Part shown: in pieces, positions 9,464-18,487 of the stretch
Layout of the letters: each line of letters opens with the position of its first letter
How positions within the stretch are numbered: the first letter of the stretch is position 1
Assembly (NCBI GenBank): GCA_963772365.1
Contig: CAVYXA010000004.1
Coordinates: forward strand, 37,761-101,760
DNA length: 64,000 bases
Source of the DNA: an uncultured Verrucomicrobiae bacterium
GTDB lineage: Bacteria; Verrucomicrobiota; Verrucomicrobiia; Chthoniobacterales; UBA10450
Reading direction: 5' to 3'
Made by a program: the position numbers and the translations under genes
Notes under the pieces: model-generated
What the model saw: only the letters and a program-made list of their open reading frames with translations
Told to the model about the DNA's origin: nothing
Databases searched by the model: none

Positions 9464-10579
9464 GTGTATGGGCAGCCTCGACATGTATTTGACGCAATGA
9501 TGGGCTGCTTGGAAATTTGGGATATGCCAATTTATTTAAAGGAACCTGAAGCTCTCGACTTATTGCTCAGCGAGACAAATCCGGGAAGCCCTTCGCGCAG
9601 CGAAGCGGCTGCAGCCATGCCGAACGATGCAATGCTGTTGGACGAATATTCGCGAACCGTCGTGGACGCAGTGGACCGCGTCTCGCCAGCGGTGGTTAAC
9701 ATCGACATCAAACAGCGGCAGCACGGCCGCCGTGGAACACGCGAAATCGGCGGCAGCGGATCAGGCTTCATCGTCGCGCCGGACGGATTCATTTTGACGA
9801 ACAGCCATGTCGTCCATGACGCCACGGAGATCACGGTGAATCTATCCGATGGTCGCGATTATCGCGCCCAACTCATCGGCGATGATCCCGATACCGATCT
9901 CGCCGTGATTCGCATCGACGCGCCGCAGCTGAAGCATGTTCGCCTGGCTGATTCGGAAAATTTGCGCGTCGGCCAGATCGTGATCGCGATTGGCAATCCG
10001 CTCGGTTTTCAGGCGAGCGTGACCGCAGGAGTGATCAGTGCGCTCGGGCGATCGATGCATTCGACGTCCGGGCGTTTGATCGACAATATCATCCAAACCG
10101 ACGCTGCTTTGAATCCGGGAAACTCCGGCGGGCCGCTCGTCAATTCCACCGGCGAGGTGATCGGTGTCAACACGGCCATGATCCGTCCGGCCCAGGGCAT
10201 CTGTTTTGCCATAGCCAGCAACACCGCGAAGTTTGTTGCCGGCTGGCTCATTCGAGACGGGCTGATTCGGCGCAGTTACATTGGCGTCGCCGGCCAAAAC
10301 GTGCCGATTCATCGGCGCATCGTCCGGTTTTACAATTTTCAGGTTGAGACGGGCGTCTTGGTTGCGTCGGTCGAAAAGGCAAGCCCGGCAGCGCGGGCCG
10401 GTCTGCGTGAAGGGGACGTGATCGTGGCCTTCAATGACAAAGCAATCGGGAACATTTACGAGCTTCATAAGATTCTTATGGGTGACCAGATCGGCGTCCG
10501 CTCCGAGATCACTGTCATTCGGCACACAGAAAAATTGAAGTTGTCGATCTTGCCTGCGGAATCACCGCCGCGAATGTAG
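9464..10579 (+). CDS. HtrA/DegP-like S1C serine protease with one PDZ domain
   Basis: Catalytic blocks TNSHVV (His), DLAVIRI (Asp) and GNSGGPLVN (Ser), plus a C-terminal PDZ (AGLREGDVIVAFNDKAI). There is no obvious signal peptide and the start is uncertain (9464 or 9524). Confidence 0.8.
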   Translation: MYGQPRHVFDAMMGCLEIWDMPIYLKEPEALDLLLSETNPGSPSRSEAAAAMPNDAMLLDEYSRTVVDAVDRVSPAVVNIDIKQRQHGRRGTREIGGSGSGFIVAPDGFILTNSHVVHDATEITVNLSDGRDYRAQLIGDDPDTDLAVIRIDAPQLKHVRLADSENLRVGQIVIAIGNPLGFQASVTAGVISALGRSMHSTSGRLIDNIIQTDAALNPGNSGGPLVNSTGEVIGVNTAMIRPAQGICFAIASNTAKFVAGWLIRDGLIRRSYIGVAGQNVPIHRRIVRFYNFQVETGVLVASVEKASPAARAGLREGDVIVAFNDKAIGNIYELHKILMGDQIGVRSEITVIRHTEKLKLSILPAESPPRM

Positions 10580-10583
10580 CGCG

Positions 10584-11867
10584 GTGAAGATCCTGGTCAT
10601 CGGTTCCGGCGGGCGCGAGCACGCGCTGGCTTGGAAGCTGTCGCAATCGCCCGGAGTGGAGCGAATCTTTTGTGCGCCCGGAAACGCTGGCACGGCTGGA
10701 CTGGGTGATAATCTGGATATCAAGGCCAACGATCTTTCCGCTTTGGTTCGCTTTGCCAAAGAAAATGCGGTGGACCTAACCGTCGTCGGTCCGGATGATC
10801 CGCTGGCCGCCGGCATCGTCGATCTCTTCCAGGCAGAAAAGCTACGCGTCTTCGGTCCTAGTAAATCGGCTGCCCGGCTGGAATCGTCGAAGATTTTTGC
10901 CAAGGAATTGATGCGCGCTCAAAAAATTCCGACCGCGGAAGCGAGGACTTTTTCGAAAAGCGACGAAGCGCTGAATTATTGCGAGCAGCTTGATTTTCCA
11001 ATTGTGATCAAGGCCGATGGACTGGCTCTGGGAAAAGGTGTGATTATTGCGCCAGACGCAGCAACGGCACGATCGACAATCGAAGAAATGATGGCGCGCG
11101 GTCGATTCGGCGAGGCGGGCCGACGCATCGTGATCGAAAAATTTTTGTCGGGATCGGAATGCTCGCTGCACGCCTTAGTTGATGGAAAAAACTATTTGTT
11201 GCTCGAATCGGCACGCGATCACAAACGGGCCTTCGATGACGATCGCGGCCCGAACACAGGCGGTATGGGCGCGTCCAGTCCGGCCAGTAATTGGAGCACG
11301 GAATTGGAAACTCAATTTCAAAAAGCAATCATGTATCCGCTGCTGGATGGGCTGCGGTCGAAAGGAATTACTTTTCGCGGGCTGCTGTTTCCGGGACTCA
11401 TGATCACGAATGGCAGCGCACGCGTTCTGGAGTTCAACTGCCGATTCGGCGATCCGGAGACGCAGGTTATTCTACCGCGAATGAAATCCGAGCTGCTTCC
11501 GCTTCTCGAGGCTACAATCGATGGAACGATCGGCAAATGTTCGGTCGAATGGGACGCCCGTCCTGCAGTGAGCGTCGTCCTGGCTTCCGGCGGGTATCCG
11601 GATAAATACGACACGGGCAAGCCGATTTCAGGGCTCGACGAAGCAGAGAAGCTTGATGATGTCCAAATTTTTCATGCCGGAACACGAAACGTTAATGGCC
11701 GAATTGTAACCGCCGGCGGCCGTGTGCTCGCGGTCACGGCGCTAGGATCGACAATCGAAGCCGCCCGGACTCGCGCCTACGAAGCCATTTCGCATATTCA
11801 TTTTGATGGCATGCATTACCGGCGCGATATCGCCGTAAATCGTGAATCTGCGGCGCGGATTGAGTGA
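10584..11867 (+). CDS. purD: Phosphoribosylamine--glycine ligase
   Basis: The MKILVIGSGGREHALAWKL N-terminus, an ATP-grasp core and a GDPETQV block are characteristic of PurD. Confidence 0.92.
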   Translation: MKILVIGSGGREHALAWKLSQSPGVERIFCAPGNAGTAGLGDNLDIKANDLSALVRFAKENAVDLTVVGPDDPLAAGIVDLFQAEKLRVFGPSKSAARLESSKIFAKELMRAQKIPTAEARTFSKSDEALNYCEQLDFPIVIKADGLALGKGVIIAPDAATARSTIEEMMARGRFGEAGRRIVIEKFLSGSECSLHALVDGKNYLLLESARDHKRAFDDDRGPNTGGMGASSPASNWSTELETQFQKAIMYPLLDGLRSKGITFRGLLFPGLMITNGSARVLEFNCRFGDPETQVILPRMKSELLPLLEATIDGTIGKCSVEWDARPAVSVVLASGGYPDKYDTGKPISGLDEAEKLDDVQIFHAGTRNVNGRIVTAGGRVLAVTALGSTIEAARTRAYEAISHIHFDGMHYRRDIAVNRESAARIE

Positions 11868-11898
11868 CTGTTAAACAAAGTATAGGTTTCTCACGCTA

Positions 11899-13056
11899 AT
11901 GTCTGTCTCTCGGCCGCTTACTTTCACCCTTCGATTTCCTGGCGCTTTAGCGGTCTTTTTCCTCGGCATCGTTTCCAGCGCGGAGATGCTGGCGCAGCCG
12001 CCAAGGCCATCTCCCGCCCGGCTGCCGACGCCAACCAAATCGTCGGCGACACCATCTCCTTCACCACCCTCTACGCCGACGAAAGAGGAATTGATTAACG
12101 AACTGACGCCCGCTGATTTGCAATCGGCCATTGGATTTTTCAAAAACAATTTCGCAAACCCCGGCGCCCTGAGTGAAGTCGAACTGAATCGCGCGCTGGT
12201 GGAAGGATTGATGACACGTCACAATCGCGGGGCGATGCTTTTGCCCGCTGGCGCGAGCGCCTCCGGCAGTCCGCCGAGCCCATTTTACAGTGAGATTTTG
12301 GAAGGGCACATCGGCTATTTGCGTCTGGGAACGCTGAATTCTGCGAATCTTCAGGAACTCGATAAAGCCCTTCCGCAGTTTGTTTCGAAAAAGGTCGACG
12401 CGATCATTCTCGATCTTCGGGGCAGCTCTGAATCCAACGATTTTGCAATCGCAGCGGAAATCGCGAATCGATTTTGTTCCCGAGGAAAACCGCTTTTTAG
12501 CTTGCATAAACCGGGGGCGCGCCAGGACAGAATGTTTAATTCCGATCGCAATCCCGCATTTCAAGGATTGACCGTTGTGCTGACCGACGGCGAGACGGCA
12601 GGTGGGGCGGAAGCTGTCGCTGGCGCGCTGCGGATGAATGACAAAGCCCTTATCATCGGTGAGCCGACGGCCGGTCGCGCGGCGGAATATTCCGACCTGC
12701 AATTGCCGAGCGGCAAGATTCTTCGCCTGGCGGCGGCGGACGCGGTTTTGCCTGACGGCCAGCAATTATTTCCCGATGGAATCAAACCCGATGTGCCGGT
12801 GGAGATGTCGATAGTAAACAAGCGCCAGATTTTTCAGCTGAGCGCCCAAAACGGACTCGGCCCGTTTGTTTACGAAGCGGAACGGCCACATATGAATGAA
12901 GCAGCGCTTATCGCGGGGACGAACCCGGAACTAGACGCGGCCGAAGCCGAGCAGCGACGGCGGCAGCCCGGAGCGTCAAGACCCGCAGTGCACGATGTGG
13001 TTTTGCAGCGCGCTCTCGATCTGGTGACATCCGTCGAGATTTATCAAAAACGATAA
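11899..13056 (+). CDS. S41 (C-terminal processing peptidase-like) family protein, secreted
   Basis: Signal-like N-terminus and a Pro-rich linker. S41 core blocks are IGYLRLGTL, AIILDLRGSSESN and LTDGETAGGAEAVAGAL...IIGEPTAGRA. Confidence 0.65.
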   Translation: MSVSRPLTFTLRFPGALAVFFLGIVSSAEMLAQPPRPSPARLPTPTKSSATPSPSPPSTPTKEELINELTPADLQSAIGFFKNNFANPGALSEVELNRALVEGLMTRHNRGAMLLPAGASASGSPPSPFYSEILEGHIGYLRLGTLNSANLQELDKALPQFVSKKVDAIILDLRGSSESNDFAIAAEIANRFCSRGKPLFSLHKPGARQDRMFNSDRNPAFQGLTVVLTDGETAGGAEAVAGALRMNDKALIIGEPTAGRAAEYSDLQLPSGKILRLAAADAVLPDGQQLFPDGIKPDVPVEMSIVNKRQIFQLSAQNGLGPFVYEAERPHMNEAALIAGTNPELDAAEAEQRRRQPGASRPAVHDVVLQRALDLVTSVEIYQKR

Positions 13057-13057
13057 G

Positions 13058-13675
13058 CTAACTGGAAGAGCTCGCCTGGGCGTTGGGGGCTGAGGTTGGC
13101 TTTGGCGCAGTCGGCAGGCTGCGCGTGCGCAATTCCTCGACGTTTGGCAATTCGTCCAGATTGCGCAAGCCGAAGTGATCCAGGAAGAATTGCGTCGTTT
13201 CGTAAAGAAGCGGACGACCCGGAATTTCCGCGCGGCCGGCAATTTTCACCAGACCGCGCTCCATCAATGTTTGGAGAACGCCATCGATGTTGACGCCACG
13301 GACAGCTTCCACATCGGCGCGGGTAATGGGCTGGCGATAAGCAATGATGGCCAATGTTTCCAAAGCTGGCGCGGTCAGGCGCGCGGGTTTGGGAGCAGGG
13401 AAAAGTTCACTCACCCAGCTCGCATAGCGAGGATCGGTGATGAATTGCCAGCCACCGGCTTTTTCGGCCAATTGAAAACCGCGCTCCTGCTGAATGCATT
13501 CCACCTTCAATTCCTGTAATGCGGCCGCCACTTCCGGTTCCTTTATTTTTGCAAATTCATTAAGCGTAAGTTCATCCTCGCCGCCGGCACGCCGGAGAGT
13601 ATCGACAATCTCCTTGGCTGAGATCGGTTTTTGTGCGCTAAACAGAAGCGCTTCGATGACGCGAATAAGACTCAT
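13058..13675 (-). CDS. scpB: Segregation and condensation protein B
   Basis: A VIEALLFSAQKPIS N-terminus and two winged-helix halves (LETLAIIAYRQPITRADVEAVRGV) are typical of ScpB. Confidence 0.85.
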   Translation of the reverse strand: MSLIRVIEALLFSAQKPISAKEIVDTLRRAGGEDELTLNEFAKIKEPEVAAALQELKVECIQQERGFQLAEKAGGWQFITDPRYASWVSELFPAPKPARLTAPALETLAIIAYRQPITRADVEAVRGVNIDGVLQTLMERGLVKIAGRAEIPGRPLLYETTQFFLDHFGLRNLDELPNVEELRTRSLPTAPKPTSAPNAQASSSS

Positions 13676-13689
13676 AAATCAAAAGCCTA

Positions 13690-13782
13690 GTCATCCCGAG
13701 CGCAGCGAAGCGGAGTAGAGGGACCCCGGTGCGTTGGCTTTCCGGTTTTGCAACGGGATTCCTCGGCTCCGCTCGGAATGAC
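13690..13782. repeat. Family A hairpin element, copy 2
   Basis: GTCATCCCGAGCGCAGCGAAGCGGAGTAGAGGGACCCCGG...GGGATTCCTCGGCTCCGCTCGGAATGAC fills the scpB-glmM spacer. Confidence 0.8.
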
Positions 13783-13787
13783 AGTCT

Positions 13788-15170
13788 TCATTTCACGCCA
13801 ATGGCCGCTTCTATGACTTCCGCGATGCGGTTGGCTTGTTTGTCGATCTTATCGAAGTCGCGGCCTTCGATGAGCAATCGAATCTTTGGCTCGGTGCCGG
13901 AGTAACGCAATAGCACCCGCCCCTTCCCATCCAGTTCCCGTTCGATTTCATCCCGTAGTTTCACCAGACCGCGCAGCTCCTCAATCGGCGGTTTTATTTT
14001 CACAACGAGATTGCGCTGGGCTTGCGGATATTTCTTCAGACAGCTTTTCAATTTGCTCAACGGCTGACCGCTCTCGTGCATAATCCTCAGGATTTGCAGC
14101 GCGCTGATGATGCCGTCGCCGGTTGTCGTGAAGTCGCGAAAAATAATATGGCCGCTCTGCTCACCACCCAAATTCAGGTTCTGTTTCATCATCTCCTCGA
14201 TCACGTACCGGTCGCCCACTTTCGTCCGGACTACTTTGCCACCGTGTACAGTCAACGTTTCATCAAGTCCGAAATTGCTCATCACCGTTGCGACCAGGAC
14301 GTTGTCGCGAAGTTCTCCTCTGCTCAGAAGATCGACTGCCGCGATCGCGAGAATTTCGTCACCATCGACAATTTCGCCATTCTCATCGCAGAGCAGAACG
14401 CGGTCGGCATCGCCATCGTGGGTAATGCCCACATCCGCGCCAGCCATTTTCACGATCCGCTGAATCTCCTCGGGATGCGTGCTGCCGCATCCGTCGTTGA
14501 TGTTCATGCCGTTAGGCTGGTTGTGGGCGATGGCAACATCGGCGCCGAGCTCGCGTAAAATGCACGGGGTCGATTTGTAAGCGGCGCCATTGGCGACATC
14601 CACCGCCACCCGCATTTCTTCGAGCGACATTTTCCTGGGGAAACTAGCCTTGGCGAATTCGATATAGCGGCCGAGGGCATCGTCGATCCTCGCGGCTCGG
14701 CCGATTTTCCCTGCCGTGGGTCGGACCGAATCAATCGCGCCGGTAAAGACGAGCTGCTCGATTTTTTCCTCGATCTGATCATCGAGTTTGTAACCATCGT
14801 GGCGGAAAAATTTGATGCCATTGTCCTCATAAGGATTGTGCGAAGCAGAAAGGACAATCCCGGCATCGGCGCGAAGCGATCGGGTAATGTAGGCCACGCC
14901 CGGTGTGGGCAGAGGTCCGATGACGAGAACATCGACACCGAGCGATGTGATCCCGGCCACGAGCGCATTTTCCAACATGTAACCCGAGAGACGAGTGTCC
15001 TTACCGAGAACAATTTTCGGACGCGTACCTCCGGGCGTCGTCCGCGGATTGAGTTGCGTAAAAACGTGCGCGGCAGCACGCCCCAATTTGAGCGCCGTCT
15101 CAGCAGTGACGGGCTCGACATTGGCCACGCCACGAACACCGTCGGTCCCAAAGATCTTTTTCGTCTGCAT
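13788..15170 (-). CDS. glmM: Phosphoglucosamine mutase
   Basis: KIFGTDGVRGVAN N-terminus, phosphoserine loop SASHNP, metal loop DGDADR and GEQSGH. Confidence 0.92.
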   Translation of the reverse strand: MQTKKIFGTDGVRGVANVEPVTAETALKLGRAAAHVFTQLNPRTTPGGTRPKIVLGKDTRLSGYMLENALVAGITSLGVDVLVIGPLPTPGVAYITRSLRADAGIVLSASHNPYEDNGIKFFRHDGYKLDDQIEEKIEQLVFTGAIDSVRPTAGKIGRAARIDDALGRYIEFAKASFPRKMSLEEMRVAVDVANGAAYKSTPCILRELGADVAIAHNQPNGMNINDGCGSTHPEEIQRIVKMAGADVGITHDGDADRVLLCDENGEIVDGDEILAIAAVDLLSRGELRDNVLVATVMSNFGLDETLTVHGGKVVRTKVGDRYVIEEMMKQNLNLGGEQSGHIIFRDFTTTGDGIISALQILRIMHESGQPLSKLKSCLKKYPQAQRNLVVKIKPPIEELRGLVKLRDEIERELDGKGRVLLRYSGTEPKIRLLIEGRDFDKIDKQANRIAEVIEAAIGVK

Positions 15171-15198
15171 CTGTATCAGGCCGCCGCGCCGCGATAAT

Positions 15199-16944
15199 CT
15201 ACAGTGACGACGACGATTCCGTTTGTCGATTGTGATCGCTCAGAAAAATGCATTCATTCTCCAGTCCGAGCAGCATGCCCCATTTCAATGGGAATGTCTC
15301 CAGATTCACCGTCCGCGAAATAATTGGCGCCCACGCGCTGTATTCTCCTTTCAAAATGTCGCCGAGGGTATTTTGGCTGCCGCTGATGGGTGTGAGATAA
15401 AGACCGTAAACCGGGCCGCCAAGAATTCTGTAATCGCTGATATCGGTCATCTCCTTGATCGTTTCCGGCACATAGAGAGCGCGCCGATCGGCATACCACG
15501 CCACCGCCCACGGCATATCGGACGCGGTCACCTCGTTAGGCTTCATCCAATCGTTCAACACGGCGATGTAGGGCGGAACATAAGGCGGCCAGCGGATCGA
15601 TGACTCCGGTTGTTTGAAGAATGGTAGTTTTAGGATCAGGGGCGTAGCGCAAAGTAAAAACAACAGCGTGATGAATGCGATCCGCGCCACTCGAAGACGC
15701 AGCTCCAATCGACGCCATTGGACCAGAAGGAACGCGAGCCCGTAGCAGGTCATCAGCGGCACAAACATCAGGTGCAGTTGGTTTGCGGCAAAACCTTGTT
15801 CTTCATTGACGCCAAAGACGGCCATGCCTGTGACGCCGCCGAGCCACATGGTCAAAAGCATCCATCGAATTGTTCCCGTTTCGCGGCGTCTGAAAACGTA
15901 AAGCAGCCCGGCAAAAAACATGATCGCGACAATGCTGTAGCCGAAATATCCGAAGAGTCCCGCCGCCTGATTCAAAAAATTGGTGACGATCTTATCGCGG
16001 AAACTCGAAGGGAGAGCACTCCCTTCCAAGTCCAAACTCAGCCGCCGCATCCAGCCGGATTCGGTATGCTGGATTCCGTCGAGAACGGAATAGATCGCCA
16101 GACCCGCAGGATTTCCACTAACGAGATAATTTCGGATCAGCCACGGAAAATAAACAATCGCGAACGCAGCCAACAAAACGAGAGCAGCCCAGCCCCGCGG
16201 CCGAAAAAAGAAAACGCAGTAAATGAATGCAGCGACAAAAATCCAGATAGTCAGCGCGTGAGTGAGGGCCAGAAGTCCGAAACCGAGCCCGACGAAGGCC
16301 AGCCACAATCCCACGCGTCCGCCGCCATATCGTGCTTCGACAGCGCGAACCAGTGCATACATGGTGCAGTTGAACAAAAACAGCAGCAGCATCTGAGGCA
16401 GACCGGAGAGCGAGTACTGCCAGAACATGTCGCAGAGCAAGACCAGCGCGCACGTCATCAAAGCCAGACGCTGATCGAACAATCGCCGCACAATAAGGTA
16501 GAGAACCACTACCGAAAGCAAAAAGAGCGCGATCGCCATCACCACGACCGCCCGATCCCCAGCGTATAGAACGTCGGCCGGCGTCATTTTCCAGTGGGAT
16601 TTGATCGGGAAAAGCGCAATCGCATCCACCAAAGACGGCAACGGCGCATTATAAGTGTCGATCCAAATTTTCTGCGGCACATCTTTGCCATGGGCCAGCA
16701 GGTTCCCAATCGAGAGTGGCCGGGCAAAATTCGTTCGCCAACCATGACCGCGAGCAATTTCCCGACCGATTTGCGCCTGATCCATCGCCTGCGAGGTGGC
16801 CAGCCCGCGGAACTCGTGCGTCATATAAAAGATAGCCAGCAGTGCAACGCCCGCCAGGGCGAGGCCGCGACGCATCCAAACTACGGGCTTGCCAGCTTCT
16901 AGACTGTGAACTAGGCGCTGGATGAATTCTGCGCTACCTGGCAT
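15199..16944 (-). CDS. Multi-pass membrane protein, probably a GT-C fold (ArnT/PMT-like) glycosyltransferase
   Basis: 581 aa with at least 10 predicted TM helices followed by a soluble C-terminal domain. This is the general architecture of GT39/GT83 enzymes. I could not verify a diagnostic motif. Confidence 0.4.
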   Translation of the reverse strand: MPGSAEFIQRLVHSLEAGKPVVWMRRGLALAGVALLAIFYMTHEFRGLATSQAMDQAQIGREIARGHGWRTNFARPLSIGNLLAHGKDVPQKIWIDTYNAPLPSLVDAIALFPIKSHWKMTPADVLYAGDRAVVVMAIALFLLSVVVLYLIVRRLFDQRLALMTCALVLLCDMFWQYSLSGLPQMLLLFLFNCTMYALVRAVEARYGGGRVGLWLAFVGLGFGLLALTHALTIWIFVAAFIYCVFFFRPRGWAALVLLAAFAIVYFPWLIRNYLVSGNPAGLAIYSVLDGIQHTESGWMRRLSLDLEGSALPSSFRDKIVTNFLNQAAGLFGYFGYSIVAIMFFAGLLYVFRRRETGTIRWMLLTMWLGGVTGMAVFGVNEEQGFAANQLHLMFVPLMTCYGLAFLLVQWRRLELRLRVARIAFITLLFLLCATPLILKLPFFKQPESSIRWPPYVPPYIAVLNDWMKPNEVTASDMPWAVAWYADRRALYVPETIKEMTDISDYRILGGPVYGLYLTPISGSQNTLGDILKGEYSAWAPIISRTVNLETFPLKWGMLLGLENECIFLSDHNRQTESSSSL

Positions 16945-18403
16945 TTTCGGATTCGGTGGTTACGTCGTTGCGCGCCGGACCCTGAGTCGGAGCCGGACTG
17001 CCATTTTCGCGGGATAGCTCGCTGGCTGCCTTCATCTCGTTGATCTTTCGATGAAGTGTTCGCCTGCTAATGCCGAGCTTCTTTGCTGCTGCCGTCACGT
17101 TGCCATCTGTCGCTGCAAGTGCCTGCATGATCAACTTTTTCTCCGTTTCATGAAGATCGAGCGGGCTCGCCTTTTCGCCATAGGCTTTAGCAGCGGAAAT
17201 GCCGCGCGGTAAAGTTCCGCCCGCAGCCTGGCGCACGGCCATCGGTAAATCACGCAAGGTCAGCTTCGAACCGGTGGCCATGACCACGCCGTGCTCGATC
17301 GCCGTTCGCAGCTCGCGCACATTGCCAGGCCAGTTGTAAGTGAGCAGTGCGTTCATGGCGTCGGCGGTAAGATCGACAACCGATTTCTCATTCGCTTTCG
17401 AAAAATGCCGCAGAAAAGATTTAACTAATATCGGAATATCGTCCTTTCGCTCCCGCAAAGGCGGCATGGTAATGCGCACAACATTGAGCCGAAAGAAAAG
17501 ATCATCACGAAATTTTCCTTCGCGCACGAGCGCCTCAAGGTTTTTGTTGGTCGCGGCAATCAAGCGAACATCCGCCCGCAAGGTCTGATTGCCGCCCACT
17601 CGTTCAAACGAACGCTCTTCGCTGATCACGCGCAAAAGTTTTACCTGTGTGCTCGGCGGAATTTCGGCCACTTCGTCGAGAAAAATTGTGCCGCCATTGG
17701 CCTGCTCGAATCTTCCGATCCGGCGTTCATGCGCGCCAGTGAAGGCGCCTTTCTCATGACCGAACAATTCGCTTTCCAGAAGAGTAGGAGAAAGCGCCGC
17801 GCAATGCACTGTTACGAATTTCGTCTTGCTACGGCGGCTCAAATTATGAATCGCATGGGCTGCCAATTCCTTGCCGGTACCGCTTTCTCCTTCGATCAAG
17901 ACATTCGCCGACGACGGCGCCACCTGCTTGATGGTTGCGAGCACTTCATGTAGAGCCGGTGATTCTCCAATGATGTTTTCCAGCCCGAACCGCTCATCCA
18001 CTTGCTGGCGCAGTACGCGGTTTTCCTGTTCCAGGTTGCGGCCCTTGAGCGCTCGCGCGATCAGCATCTCGATTTTGTCGAGGTTGAGCGGTTTGGTCAC
18101 AAAATCGTAAGCGCCGCGTTTCATCGCTTCGACCGCGGTATCCACCGAGCCGTAAGCAGTCATCATGATGCAAATCGGCGATTGCGGAAGTTTGAGAGCG
18201 CGATCAATCAACTGCATCCCGTCTTCGCCGCCAAGCCGCAGATCCGTGAGAAGCAAATCGATTGGCTCGCGTTCGAGGACGCTCATCGCGCCGGCGATAT
18301 CTCCCGCGACATAGACATCGTAGTCATCTTCCAGCAATCGACGCAGCCCGTCCCGGGTATGTTTTTCATCATCGACAATCAGTATGGTTGGTTGTGGCGA
18401 CAT
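16934..18403 (-). CDS. Sigma-54-dependent response regulator (NtrC family)
   Basis: Receiver domain (ILIVDDE...LLLTDLRL), AAA+ domain with GESGTGKE and the GAFTGA loop (EKGAFTGA), and a C-terminal Fis-type HTH (AAKKLGISRRTLHRKI). Its stop overlaps the downstream membrane gene by 11 nt. Confidence 0.88.
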   Translation of the reverse strand: MSPQPTILIVDDEKHTRDGLRRLLEDDYDVYVAGDIAGAMSVLEREPIDLLLTDLRLGGEDGMQLIDRALKLPQSPICIMMTAYGSVDTAVEAMKRGAYDFVTKPLNLDKIEMLIARALKGRNLEQENRVLRQQVDERFGLENIIGESPALHEVLATIKQVAPSSANVLIEGESGTGKELAAHAIHNLSRRSKTKFVTVHCAALSPTLLESELFGHEKGAFTGAHERRIGRFEQANGGTIFLDEVAEIPPSTQVKLLRVISEERSFERVGGNQTLRADVRLIAATNKNLEALVREGKFRDDLFFRLNVVRITMPPLRERKDDIPILVKSFLRHFSKANEKSVVDLTADAMNALLTYNWPGNVRELRTAIEHGVVMATGSKLTLRDLPMAVRQAAGGTLPRGISAAKAYGEKASPLDLHETEKKLIMQALAATDGNVTAAAKKLGISRRTLHRKINEMKAASELSRENGSPAPTQGPARNDVTTESENAR

Positions 18404-18487
18404 TTAATAACAGGCGATTCGATCAATCGGATTGCCGAGACATTTGACTCATTCGTCGCATCTCTCAATCGGCAACTGTTTCTGCCT

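Noticed and set aside
15718-16569. 283-aa plus-strand ORF
   Set aside because: It is antisense to the multi-TM membrane gene 15199..16944. Its low-complexity Q/H/R-rich translation is typical of a shadow frame.
18471-18486. Sigma-54 promoter-like GGCAGAAACAGTTGCC (minus strand) upstream of the NtrC-type regulator
   Set aside because: The GG to GC spacing is one nucleotide longer than the strict -24/-12 geometry, and the -24 element is GGCAG rather than TGGCAC.
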